Assembly (NCBI GenBank): GCA_963725665.1
Contig: CAVRZA010000011.1
Span: 288,001-352,000 of the forward strand
Source of the DNA: an uncultured Actinomycetes bacterium
Lineage (GTDB): Bacteria; Actinomycetota; Thermoleophilia; UBA2241
Length of the DNA stretch: 64,000 nucleotides
Direction of reading: 5' to 3'
Below, one piece after another: positions 34,701-43,432 of this stretch. The notes under the pieces are model-generated. The model was not told the origin of the DNA. It saw only the letters and a program-made list of their open reading frames with translations, and ran no database searches. A program made the translations under genes and the position numbers. The first letter of the stretch is position 1. Each line of letters begins with the position of its first letter.

Positions 34701-37700
34701 ACGCTCGCCAGGCAGTCCAAGTGCTCGTTGCCACGCAGGATGTAGACGTCGCAGTCGGGCACGCCGATGGTCGAGGTGAGGCGCATGGCGGTCGACAGGA
34801 GGACGTCTCGCAAGGCGAGCGTGGAGGAGAGCTCCATGCTGGTCTCGCTCAGCAGCGCGAGCTGCCCGAGGCTCTTTTGCAGCTCTTTGTTGGTATCGCG
34901 CAGGCTCTCGATCAGCTTGCCGTTGTGGATGGCGATCGCGGCCTGTTCGCCCAGTGCGGTCACGACTTCGATCTCGGCCGGCGTGAAGTGGCGCTCCCTG
35001 TCGAGTTCCAAGAGCTCCATGATCCCGACCGGCTGGCCGGCGAAGTACAGCGGAGCGTTGAGCGAGGTCTTCGCGCCCCAGCGCTCCATCGATGCGCGGC
35101 TGCAGGGGTGGATGGCCGGGTCCGAGAGGGAGTCCTCGACGATCTCACCCTGAGCCAGTTGAGCAACGTGGTTGGGCCACTCTTCGAGCGGGAAGCGCTT
35201 ACCCAGGTACTCGTACTCCTCGCGCCGTGCCGAGAAGAAAGCCCTCGCGGCCTCTTCGCGCCGCTGTTCGTCGACCTCGAAGATCACGCACTCGTCGCAG
35301 TCAAGCGCGGCTACCGCCTCACGCGCGACGATGACGAGCGACTCGTCGAGCTCCGCGGCCGAGGATATCGCCCGGCTGGCATCGAGCAGCGAAGCCAGCT
35401 GCAGCGTCTGTCGTTCCTGGCGCCGGTAGAGCTGGGCGTTGCGGATCGCCGCCGCAGCCTGCTCCCCGAAGGCGCGCGCCATGTCGAGCTCTGCGGGGGA
35501 GAAGTGACGTTCTGCGCCGTGCTCGGCGATCTCCATAAGGCCGACGATCTCGTCGCCGAAGCGCAACGGCACGCTGACGAGAGTCGTCTCGTGCCACTCG
35601 TCCATCTCGGCGCGCGTGCGCTCGTCCAAGTCCGCGTCGGACCGGTGACGCTCGATGATCGCCGACTCGAGCAACAGATCGTACTCGGGCCAGGTGGCGT
35701 AGGGGTACGCGGTGCCGATGTCGGCGCCGCCCGCGTAGGCGGCGTCGCGCTCGTACTCGCAGCGCCAGCGAAAGGCCTCGGCCTGCGCGTCGAGTTCGTA
35801 GATGTAGCAGGCCCCGGTGTCGAGCAGCTCACCGGCACGCTTCGCGACGAGCTGCAGGACATCCTCGAGCACCAGGGTCGAGCTGATGGCGCGGCTGGTG
35901 TCAAGAAGGCTCGAGACCCTGCGCGCCTCCTCCTCGCGCCGGCGCGCGCTGTCCAGGAGCTCTCGGTTGCGGTCGTTCACCTGATCGAGCAGGAAGCGGT
36001 TCTCGAGGGCCCCCGCCACCATCTGCCCGGCGCTGGTGATGAAATCGAGGTACTCGGCGAAATCGCGCTCGCGGTCGTCGAAGACGTCGATTATCCCGAT
36101 CAGGCGCTCGCCGGCGAGCAGGGGGATGCACAGCTCGCTGACGTACCCCCAACGTGCGAAGATGGCGCGCTCCGCCGAGTTCAGCCGCGGGTCGTCGGGG
36201 TTGGTGACGACGAGCACCTCGCCCGCACTGGCGAACCGTCTGGTGAGCGGGTACTCCTCGGTGTCGAGCACCGTGCCCACGCACTCGTCGTCGAAGCCGA
36301 CGTCGCGCTCGTAGCCGGCTCGGCAGCACAGCGTTCCCACATCGTCGGCAAGGTACACTTCGCAATCAGCCGCTTCGATGGTGAGTGTGAGGCGGTGGGT
36401 GACCTCTCGCAGGAAGTCCTCGGCGTCGGGAGACTGCGCCGTCACTGCGCCGAGGTCGACGAGGGCCTTGAGGACCTTGCTCCGGCGCTCCGCGAGCCTG
36501 TAGAGGAGAGCTTTCTCCATCGCGCCGCCGATCACCTGGGCGGCGCCCTTCATGAAGTCGAGGTACTGCCGGAAATCGCGCGGCCGGTCGTCGTAGATCT
36601 CGATGACGCCGACCGCGCGGCGATCGACCATGAGGGGCACGCACAGCTCACTCGCGAACCCGTACTCGTCGTAGACGGCCAGATCCTCGGCGGTGAGGCG
36701 GGGATCCGTGCGATCGTGCACGATGACGGGCTCGCCGCTCTTCACCGCCTCGGCGGCCAAAGGGTAGAGGTCGAGACGCAGCGCCTTGCCCACCACGCTC
36801 TCGTCGTCTCCGGAACGGTCGACGCTGACCAGGCAGGTGAAGACCCCCTTCTCCTGGATCTTGTAGATGTCGCAGTCGGTTGCGCCCAGAGTCGTGAGCA
36901 GGCGCCGCGCAACCGAGCGCAGGAGCTCGTCGACATCGTGCGAATGGGAGACGAGCCTGCCGATGTCGACGAGCTCTCGCAGGGCTGCGTTGTGGCGCTC
37001 GACCTGCTCGAAGAGCCGCGCGTTCTCGATGACGCGGGCGGCGACCTCGGCGAGGCCCCGAATGAGCTCGAGGTCGTCGGCGTAGTCGCGCGGCACCGTG
37101 TCCGAAAGCTCCGCGAGGCCAATGACCTCGTCGTGCGCGACGAGCGGCAGGGAGAGCTGCGACTGGTATCCCCACGAGGCGAGCGACGTGCGCACCTCGG
37201 GCGTCAGGACCGGATCGTCGAGGCTTGCGACCACCCGGACCTGTAGTGACTCGATCGCCTGGCGTGTAGCGGGGTAGTCGGCGATGCGGAAGGTCTTGCC
37301 CTCCCAGCTTGGGTCGAAGGCGCCGTTGTCGTAGCTGACGAGGGCCCTGATGCTCCCGTCCTCTACGGCGTAGATGTCGGCTACGGGCGAGTGAGTCGCA
37401 TCGGCAAGACGGCGGGCGACGGCGCGCAAGACGTCGTCGACGCTGTGGCGCTCGGCGCCTTCGAGGCCGGCCTCGACGATTGCGCCGAGATCAGCCACGC
37501 GACGCCGGAGCTCGGAGACCGTGAGGCGCTCGGGGTCGGGCCGCGCCTTGGATGCGGTAGGCCGCTCCTGGGCGGCGAGAAGCGCCTGGAGGTCTTCGCG
37601 CCGGAAGCGCCGATGCCCTCCGGGGCTGCGATAGCAGGCTATCTTGCCCGTGTCGCTCCAGCGGCGGAGGGTGTTCAAACTGACGCCGAGAAGATCTGCT

Positions 37701-37759
37701 GCGTCGTTGACGCGCAGCCAGCCGTTGCGTCGCTTTGAACGTGTGGCGGACAGCCCCAT
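31715..37759 (-). CDS. Giant c-di-GMP signalling protein: MerR/BldC-like HTH, about 7 GAF domains, HD-GYP, GGDEF, degenerate HD-GYP
   Basis: AADLLGVS.NTLRRW.D.GKI...RSPGGHRRF; repeated VPL.....IG..E GAF motifs; LHDIGK..HHERYEG.GYP; RRVD..RYGGEEF; LCDIGE..HHEHFDG.GYP. Confidence 0.9.
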   Translation of the reverse strand: MGLSATRSKRRNGWLRVNDAADLLGVSLNTLRRWSDTGKIACYRSPGGHRRFRREDLQALLAAQERPTASKARPDPERLTVSELRRRVADLGAIVEAGLEGAERHSVDDVLRAVARRLADATHSPVADIYAVEDGSIRALVSYDNGAFDPSWEGKTFRIADYPATRQAIESLQVRVVASLDDPVLTPEVRTSLASWGYQSQLSLPLVAHDEVIGLAELSDTVPRDYADDLELIRGLAEVAARVIENARLFEQVERHNAALRELVDIGRLVSHSHDVDELLRSVARRLLTTLGATDCDIYKIQEKGVFTCLVSVDRSGDDESVVGKALRLDLYPLAAEAVKSGEPVIVHDRTDPRLTAEDLAVYDEYGFASELCVPLMVDRRAVGVIEIYDDRPRDFRQYLDFMKGAAQVIGGAMEKALLYRLAERRSKVLKALVDLGAVTAQSPDAEDFLREVTHRLTLTIEAADCEVYLADDVGTLCCRAGYERDVGFDDECVGTVLDTEEYPLTRRFASAGEVLVVTNPDDPRLNSAERAIFARWGYVSELCIPLLAGERLIGIIDVFDDRERDFAEYLDFITSAGQMVAGALENRFLLDQVNDRNRELLDSARRREEEARRVSSLLDTSRAISSTLVLEDVLQLVAKRAGELLDTGACYIYELDAQAEAFRWRCEYERDAAYAGGADIGTAYPYATWPEYDLLLESAIIERHRSDADLDERTRAEMDEWHETTLVSVPLRFGDEIVGLMEIAEHGAERHFSPAELDMARAFGEQAAAAIRNAQLYRRQERQTLQLASLLDASRAISSAAELDESLVIVAREAVAALDCDECVIFEVDEQRREEAARAFFSARREEYEYLGKRFPLEEWPNHVAQLAQGEIVEDSLSDPAIHPCSRASMERWGAKTSLNAPLYFAGQPVGIMELLELDRERHFTPAEIEVVTALGEQAAIAIHNGKLIESLRDTNKELQKSLGQLALLSETSMELSSTLALRDVLLSTAMRLTSTIGVPDCDVYILRGNEHLDCLASVVDGALDEPWLRRAKALSLADWSPMQIVAESRRPAVLRRGDPRVSPRAAAALREYGQQVFLVVPLIVNDVVIGAVELLDRRVEREFSEAEIELVQSICRVAALAIHNADLFESAQLRTRENALLNAIASSTTASLELPDIARAVVEQLAPLYSFDKAGFVLREDGALRAVFTWPRPLSEIEWAADLDVDPAFIARLTAAPVVALDLPREDPIPQAGSLLGDASSAIVVGVFDGDGTPAGALALLSAATHAFGTADLQLLERVGVQLSLAVRNARLYDEIKRLHLSNLKGLSTALTAKDYYTLGHAARVAAYAVMLGHELGWPIELLEEVEEAAYLHDIGKIGVSDRVLLKQGPLNPEEWGLMREHPVISADIIRPLFDEQLVLGVRHHHERYEGGGYPDGIAGEEIPPLARAMCIVDSYDAMSLQRPYKAARSYAECLLELRRCAGSQFDPAMVEAFERVLARLTERHAWATGIATEGAARIDPAEHTLLREPDDERRPEYLKMASMLRELRDANPPVRYVTTQVERDGKHMIVVDAEEPESPEHSHLGEEVKADEELPLVLAGERGDMNLIFADGYGVWAAGLAPLRDEAGRIVGAVEVDIPALDIVGLTSKMRQPQATMLETAASRLSRAEIDAITDGLTGLYNHRYLHDRLSEEIDRARSEGTQLTLLFCDLDHFKDYNDLLGHSTGDRALRAVARIIEDSIRRVDLVARYGGEEFCVVLIETGAAEASEVAERIRAGVADATFENGRGGLTISIGAATFPDDADGKEELLDKADWSMYRAKRHGRNRVVAFSLEEVATASERVIHTQGHGYLSLIAEVVEARDAYAAKRGEAVARLAGGMATGLGLPETETTVVVEAARLCDIGEISVPEHILNKRGALSGDEWALIREHPLTGQRLLRQLGGSNEVANAIASHHEHFDGTGYPAGLAAEQIPLAARVVAVACAYNAMLVERPFRPPLSEHQALEELRRCAGTQFDPEVVAALEALLGNAE

Positions 37760-37768
37760 CCCACCCGT

Positions 37769-37796
37769 TCATCGGCTATCCGCGCTCGGAACTTGA
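37769..37796 (-). promoter_or_regulatory. sigma28-type promoter
   Basis: TCAAG (37796-37792)-N15-GCCGATGA (37776-37769), just upstream of the giant gene. Confidence 0.65.
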
Positions 37797-37923
37797 CCAA
37801 TCCTACAATCCACGCGTTCCGTGAGAGCGCGCTCGGGGTCGGGTTGGCGGCGCTGCATCGGGTGGGCGGGCTCGAAGGACCACGCGACACCCGCGCGGGA
37901 CCGCCGAGGCGCGGGAAGAGGGG

Positions 37924-39108
37924 TCACTCGATTTCGCTGGGCTCCTCAGGGTGACGCGCGCCATCCGTGCGCGGCGAGCGTGCTGCGGCGCCGACGACGG
38001 ATTGGCCCTTTGATCCGGCGCGCAGCTTCGGAGTGCTCCCGGGGGGAGCGGGGCGATGGGCGAGGACGGCGCGGGCGATGTCCGCGAAAGCCCCGCCGAC
38101 CGCGGTCTCGGGATGAAGGGCCGCCGGGATGCCGGTGTCGCCGCCCTGTCGGGTATCTGGATCGAGCGGGATGCGGCCGAGGAGCCGCGTCTGCATCGTA
38201 TGGGCGATCTCGCAAGCACCGCCGCGACCGAAGAGGTAGTGCTTCTCGCCGCAGCTCGGGCAGAGGAAGTAGGCCATGTTCTCCACGACGCCCAGCAGCG
38301 GGTGGCCAGTCATCTGCGCCATTCGCGCGGCCTTGATGGCGACCTTGGCCGCGGCTTCCTGCGGTGTGGTCACGAGGAGGATCTCGGCCGCCGGCATCGC
38401 TCGCGCCACTGTGAGAGCGACGTCACCGGTCCCGGGGGGCAGGTCGATGAGAAGGATGTCGGGGCTTCCCCACAGCACGTCGGCCAGGAACTGTTCGAGG
38501 GCGCGGCCGAGCATCGGCCCCCGCCACACCACGGGCTCGCCGCCGGCGAGGAAGAGCCCCATCGACACGAACTTGATGCCGTGGCGCTCGGGGGGGACGA
38601 GCTTGCCCTCATGCGCCCCCGGCGGCACGGCCGGCGCCCCGAGCATGAGGGGGACGGTGGGCCCGTAGACGTCTGCGTCGATGACCGCGACCGCCAGGCC
38701 TTCTTGCGCCAGCGCGACCGCGAGATTGACGGCGACGGTCGACTTGCCGACCCCTCCCTTGCCGCTGGCCACGGCGATCGTGCGCGTCTTCGAGCCGGGG
38801 CCGAACAGGTTGCCGGGCGTCGCCGGGCGCGAGGAGGACGAGCGCGCCAGCGCTTCTCTCTCCTCGCGCGTCATGGCCGTGATCGTCACCTCGACGCGAC
38901 GGTCGCCCGCGATGGCGCGCAGGGCGGCTTCGGCCTGACTCCTTATCCTGTCGCGCAGGGGGCAGGCTGACGTCGTCAGGGCCAGGGTCGCACGCACGAC
39001 CTCGTGGCCGGCGTGCACGTCGCCCACCATGCCGAGGTCGACGAGGCTGCGCCCGAGCTCCGGATCCTTAACGGTCGCCAATGCGGCGATGATGTCTCGG
39101 TCGTCCAC
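37924..39108 (-). CDS. Mrp/ApbC (NBP35) Fe-S cluster carrier ATPase with N-terminal DUF59
   Basis: V.DPELG.SLVDLGMV, ACPL, SGKGGVGKST, DADVYGP, WRGPM, DLPPGTGD, ENM.YF.CP.C. Confidence 0.93.
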   Translation of the reverse strand: MDDRDIIAALATVKDPELGRSLVDLGMVGDVHAGHEVVRATLALTTSACPLRDRIRSQAEAALRAIAGDRRVEVTITAMTREEREALARSSSSRPATPGNLFGPGSKTRTIAVASGKGGVGKSTVAVNLAVALAQEGLAVAVIDADVYGPTVPLMLGAPAVPPGAHEGKLVPPERHGIKFVSMGLFLAGGEPVVWRGPMLGRALEQFLADVLWGSPDILLIDLPPGTGDVALTVARAMPAAEILLVTTPQEAAAKVAIKAARMAQMTGHPLLGVVENMAYFLCPSCGEKHYLFGRGGACEIAHTMQTRLLGRIPLDPDTRQGGDTGIPAALHPETAVGGAFADIARAVLAHRPAPPGSTPKLRAGSKGQSVVGAAARSPRTDGARHPEEPSEIE

Positions 39109-39360
39109 TATCCTCCACTCTCGTTGTGCCATCCGGCGGCGGAGAGGCAAGTCGCGCTCGCCGCGGGCCCCGACAGTGCCCCGAGCCCCGGGGTCTGGCG
39201 GTAACCACTACGTCTCTAGTGTAAATTGCCACGCCGAGGGGAGCAACGCGAGGATGACCTTCGCTCACCGTTACGATGCAGGAAGCCGGAGACGCGGTGC
39301 CGGGGTCGCCGGGCAGCGGTCGTCTCCTGGGCAGCGTAACCGCCTGCCTCGGTGACGGGT

Positions 39361-39404
39361 GTTCATAGGCTTTGCAGACCCAGTTCACACGGTCTTCACA
39401 ACTG
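39361..39404 (+). promoter_or_regulatory. 11-nt-phased GTTCA direct repeats (OmpR/PhoP-type box candidate)
   Basis: GTTCA at 39361 and 39383, CTTCA at 39394 (TTCACA-N5-TTCACA). Confidence 0.4.
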
Positions 39405-39467
39405 TGCCCTACCCTGTGTTCACGAGCAGGAGTCCGAACGGCCGGTCACGGCCGGTCAGGAGGCAGA

Positions 39468-40001
39468 ATGAGACGCTGGAAGGTCTGGATACTCGTGGCA
39501 GGAGTGGCGGCGACCGTCGGGCTCTTACTCTTCACGACAGGCGCGGGCGCCGCGACGCGCAAAGCGGTCCCCAGGCTGTGGGGCGGTGGCGGCGCTTGCC
39601 GCACCCTGATGAGCAACCCCGACGCTCTAAAGGCGATGCAGGCGCTGCGCACCGAGCACCGCCAGGACATGCAGGCGTGGTGGCAGAAGTACGGCGGTGA
39701 TCCTTCCAGTGCTGCGGCGCAGAAGGCGCTGAAGGAGCTGCGCCAGGAGCACTGGAACGACATGCAGCAGCTCTTCAAGAAGTTCGGCATCAAGGTACCC
39801 CAGGGGAGCTCCCCGGGCGGGTACGGCCCCGGGATGATGGGCGGCGCCGGAGGCAACCGAGGAGCGGGTGGAGGCTGCTGGCGGAACGGTACGCCGGCGC
39901 CGAGCGCAACGGCCTCGCCGGGTGCATCCAGCGGCGGGACGTCGTACGGCCCTGGGATGATGGGCGGCGGCTACGGCGGCATGATGGGGCAGAGCCTGTA
40001 G
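39468..40001 (+). CDS. Secreted Spy/CpxP/ZraP-like helical protein with Gly/Met-rich repeats
   Basis: Signal peptide, helical core (LRTEHRQDMQ / LRQEHWNDMQ) and repeated YGPGMMGG. Confidence 0.6.
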   Translation: MRRWKVWILVAGVAATVGLLLFTTGAGAATRKAVPRLWGGGGACRTLMSNPDALKAMQALRTEHRQDMQAWWQKYGGDPSSAAAQKALKELRQEHWNDMQQLFKKFGIKVPQGSSPGGYGPGMMGGAGGNRGAGGGCWRNGTPAPSATASPGASSGGTSYGPGMMGGGYGGMMGQSL

Positions 40002-40068
40002 TAGGCGTCTCTTTTCACAGGCGCCGGCCGGAGCCGCGTGCCACGGCCGGGAGTCCGCATGTGAGGCA

Positions 40069-40113
40069 GTGAAACGGGGCGGGCAGTCCTTCGGGCAGCC
40101 CGCCCCGTTTCAC
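40069..40113. terminator. Long hairpin between convergent genes
   Basis: GTGAAACGGGGCGGGC / GCCCGCCCCGTTTCAC 16-bp arms with an inner C-TTCG-G loop. Confidence 0.65.
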
Positions 40114-40121
40114 GTGAAACC
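40106..40121. promoter_or_regulatory. parS centromere-like site
   Basis: cGTTTCACGTGAAACc, a perfect match to the 14-bp parS core; parAB lies in the window. Confidence 0.9.
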
Positions 40122-40239
40122 GACCCTCGCGGCTGGCTGCCGTCCGGGACAGGCCGCCTGTGCGGGAGCCATGCGGTCGGCACGCAGGGGGCGCCCCGCG
40201 GCGCCCCCTCGCAGACCCGGTGGCCGACCGATTCGGTCG

Positions 40240-41322
40240 CTACGCCTCCTCGGCCTTGAGCCCCACCGGCTCGGGGTTACCGGCGCCGGTCGCGTAGGTG
40301 TCCTTGAAGATCTCCATCAGGATCGGGCTCTCACGCACGACTTCGAGGGAGATGACGGCGTGGTCCTTGGTGTAGCCGTTGCCGATGATCATCGTCGTGT
40401 CGGCGCCGATGCCCTCGGCGCCCAGGGCGGCTGAGGTGAAACTGGTCGCCATCGAGAAGAAGTAGACCAGTCCGTCGTCCTTGGTGGCGAGGATCGAGGC
40501 CAACTCGGTGTTCGGGATGTCGACGCAGTTGATGGTGAGATCGGCCATCTTGCCGTCGGTCGCCTTGCTGACCTCTTCCCAGACGAACAGTTGGTCAGTC
40601 GCCGAACCCTGGATGATGACATCGGCGAAGCCGGCCCTCTCGAGGCGCTTCTTGCCGGCGTCGCCGTGGACCAGACAGATGACCTTGCCGGTCGGCTTGA
40701 CGCGCTTGCGCGCCTCGTAGGCGCAGAGCAGTCCGCTCTTGCCGCCGGCGCCGATGATGAACACCGTCTGCCCTGGCTTGCTCAGCTTGGCCGCCTGCGG
40801 CGGAGCGCCGGCCACGTCGAGGATGGCGAGGGCGAGCGGCTCATCCATGTCGCTCGGCATCTTGGCGTAGATGCCGGTCTCGAAGAGGATCGCCTGGCCC
40901 TTGACCTTCACCTGGCAGGTGTCCTTGTTGATGGAAATGATCTCGTCGACCTTGAGCGGCGTCAGCGACAACGAGACGAGGGTGGCGATGCGGTCGCCGA
41001 CCTTGAGGTCGCGGTCCTTGAGCTTCGGGCCGATCTCCTTGACGGTCCCCAGGAGCATCCCGCCGGATCCGGTGTCGGGGTTGTGGTGCTTGCCGCGCTC
41101 GGCGATGATGCCGAGGCTGTGGCGGGCCATCTTCTTGACGTCGCCGCCCTCGGCCTCCTCGATCTGCGTGAAGCTGGCTGCGTCGATGTTGAGCGTGTCG
41201 ACTTCGATGAGGATCTCGTTCTCGTAGATCTCCATCGTGTTGTCGATCTTCCACGCCGGCTGCGGCAGGACGCCCTTGGGCTCGATAACGCGGTGTGCGC
41301 CGTACTTGTTGCCTTCCTTCAT
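40240..41322 (-). CDS. kdd: L-erythro-3,5-diaminohexanoate dehydrogenase
   Basis: KYG.HRVIEPKGVLPQPAWKIDN, LNID.ASF.QI, TGSGGML, LDVAGAP.Q, GAGGKSG, GNGYT..HA. Confidence 0.92.
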   Translation of the reverse strand: MKEGNKYGAHRVIEPKGVLPQPAWKIDNTMEIYENEILIEVDTLNIDAASFTQIEEAEGGDVKKMARHSLGIIAERGKHHNPDTGSGGMLLGTVKEIGPKLKDRDLKVGDRIATLVSLSLTPLKVDEIISINKDTCQVKVKGQAILFETGIYAKMPSDMDEPLALAILDVAGAPPQAAKLSKPGQTVFIIGAGGKSGLLCAYEARKRVKPTGKVICLVHGDAGKKRLERAGFADVIIQGSATDQLFVWEEVSKATDGKMADLTINCVDIPNTELASILATKDDGLVYFFSMATSFTSAALGAEGIGADTTMIIGNGYTKDHAVISLEVVRESPILMEIFKDTYATGAGNPEPVGLKAEEA

Positions 41323-41403
41323 CAGCCCCTCCTCACTGTCACCGCTGCTGGCGGTCGCCGCTCTGCGGATAGTCCACGACCGGTCGGAGCGCGCCGATCG
41401 GTG

Positions 41404-42597
41404 CTACGCCTCCACCTTGACGACGGCGCCGGCGCCTTGACCTCCACCCACGCAGGCCCCTGTGAGGCCGATCTCCTGGCCGCGCTTCTGGAGCTCGTGG
41501 ATGAGTGTCACGATCATCCGCGTACCCGTGTTGCCCAGTGGGTGGCCGAGGGCGACGGCGCCGCCGTTGACGTTGACGATGTCCGGGTTGAAGCCGAGCT
41601 CGCGGATCGCCAGGGCCGCCACGCAGGCGAAGGCTTCGTTGAGCTCGGCCAGTTGCACGTCTCTGCTCGAAAGCCCGGCTTTCTCCAGCGCCTTCTGCGC
41701 CGCGACCGTCTCGCCATAGCCCATGATCTCGGGCGCCACAGCCGCCGTGGCGTAGCTCGCGAGATACGCGATGGGTTTGAGCCCGAGCTCAGCGGCCTTG
41801 GCGCGCGAGGTGACGACCACGGCACTGGCGCCGTCGGCGATCGCCGAGGCGTTGCCGGCGGTCACGACGCCGCCGTCCTTGAAGACGGGCTTGAGGCCCT
41901 CGAGCGCCTCCGGGGTGGTCTCCCGCGGGCACTCGTCGGTGTCGACGACCTTGGGGTCGCCCTTGCGCTGGGGGATCACCACGGGCACGATCTCGTCCTT
42001 GAACTTGCCGTCCCTGATCGCTGCGCTGGCGTTGAGCTGGCTCCTGTAGGCGACCTCGTTCTGCTGCTCTTTGCTGATGCCAAACCGCTCGCTCAGGATC
42101 TCGGCCGTCATGCCCATATGGTAGTTGCCGATGGCACACCAGAGACCGTCGAGGACCATGGTGTCGAAGATCTTGTCGCTCGGCAGGCCCATGCGATATC
42201 CACTGCGGCCGTTCTGTAGCGCCCAGGGCGCACGCGTCATGTTCTCGGTGCCGCCGACGAGGTAGATGGCGCCGTCGCCGGCCCTGATCGCCGCCGCGGC
42301 CATGGCGAGCGCCGAGGCGCTCGAGACGCAGACGCGGTTGACGGTGATCGCGGGGACGTTCTCGGGGATGCCGGCCTTGAGCTCGGCCTGCCGGGCCGTG
42401 TTCTGGCCGAGACCGGCCTGGATGACGTTGCCGAAGATGACCTCGTCGAGTTGGTCACCCGTCACGCCGGCTCGATCGAGGGCCTCCTTCATGACTATCG
42501 CTCCGAGCTCGACCGCCGGCGTGGCGACGAAACCGCCCTGGAACTTGCCTTGCGCCGTCCGCACCGCGGACAGGATGACGACGTCGTTGTCAGGCAC
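41404..42597 (-). CDS. Acetyl-CoA C-acyltransferase (thiolase)
   Basis: NRVC (nucleophile), TAGNAS, NEAF, NGGA.ALGHP, CVGGG.G. Confidence 0.93.
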   Translation of the reverse strand: MPDNDVVILSAVRTAQGKFQGGFVATPAVELGAIVMKEALDRAGVTGDQLDEVIFGNVIQAGLGQNTARQAELKAGIPENVPAITVNRVCVSSASALAMAAAAIRAGDGAIYLVGGTENMTRAPWALQNGRSGYRMGLPSDKIFDTMVLDGLWCAIGNYHMGMTAEILSERFGISKEQQNEVAYRSQLNASAAIRDGKFKDEIVPVVIPQRKGDPKVVDTDECPRETTPEALEGLKPVFKDGGVVTAGNASAIADGASAVVVTSRAKAAELGLKPIAYLASYATAAVAPEIMGYGETVAAQKALEKAGLSSRDVQLAELNEAFACVAALAIRELGFNPDIVNVNGGAVALGHPLGNTGTRMIVTLIHELQKRGQEIGLTGACVGGGQGAGAVVKVEA

Positions 42598-42688
42598 TAT
42601 CTCCTCCTCTATCTCGCGCGTGCGTTGCACTGCGCCAGGTGCGCCAATACCGCTCCGGCTGCGCGCTCTGTTTCGCTACGTCGTGCTC

Positions 42689-43432
42689 TCATCGGGCGCT
42701 GGCCGCGGCGAGGCGTCGCTTCATCTCGTGGGCGAGGAACGAGGCCACCTCGACGGGCGTGGTGCGCGGGCCGAAGCCCGCGTCGTAGCCAAGCTCCTTG
42801 GCGAAGGCGTTGTTGATGCGCGGGCCGCCGACGATGAGGACGAACCGCTCGCGCACCCCCTCGGCCTCGAGAAGCTCGATGAGCTTGGTCAGGTTCTGCA
42901 CGTGGATGTTCTTCTGTGTGACGATCTGTGACACGAGGATGGCGTCGGCCTCGCGCTCGAGGGCGGTCTTGAGGAGCTGCTCACAGGGGATCTGCGAACC
43001 CATGTTGAGGGCGTCGATCTCGGGATAGCGCTCGAGACCGTAGTTGCCGGCGGCACCCTTCATGTTGAGGATGGCGTCGATCCCTACGGTGTGGGCGTCA
43101 CTCTCGATGGCCGCGCCCACGACGCTGAGCTTGCGGCCGATCCGCTCCCTTATGTAGGCGTTCACGGAGTAGTAGTCCATCACCTCGACGTCAAGGTAGT
43201 CGCCCTGCACCTCGTCGGGGTCGATCCCCACCTGGGCGCGGCCGTAGGCCACGAAGAAGGTGAACGCGGGGTCGATGCCCCGGGCCTCGGCGACCGCGAC
43301 CTCCCTGAAGCCCAGCTTCTCGAGGAACTGCTTGCCGACGTCGGCCGCCTTGGCGGAGTAGGCGATGGGCAGGGTGAACGAGAACTGCATGATGCCGTCG
43401 TCGCGCGTGTCCCCGTAGGGTTTGACGATCAT
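42689..43432 (-). CDS. kamE: Lysine 5,6-aminomutase beta subunit (B12-binding)
   Basis: VKPYGDT.DDG..Q.SFTLP, DAHTVGIDAI.NMKG (B12 His and PLP Lys), GGPRI, GYDAGFG. Confidence 0.93.
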   Translation of the reverse strand: MIVKPYGDTRDDGIMQFSFTLPIAYSAKAADVGKQFLEKLGFREVAVAEARGIDPAFTFFVAYGRAQVGIDPDEVQGDYLDVEVMDYYSVNAYIRERIGRKLSVVGAAIESDAHTVGIDAILNMKGAAGNYGLERYPEIDALNMGSQIPCEQLLKTALEREADAILVSQIVTQKNIHVQNLTKLIELLEAEGVRERFVLIVGGPRINNAFAKELGYDAGFGPRTTPVEVASFLAHEMKRRLAAASAR

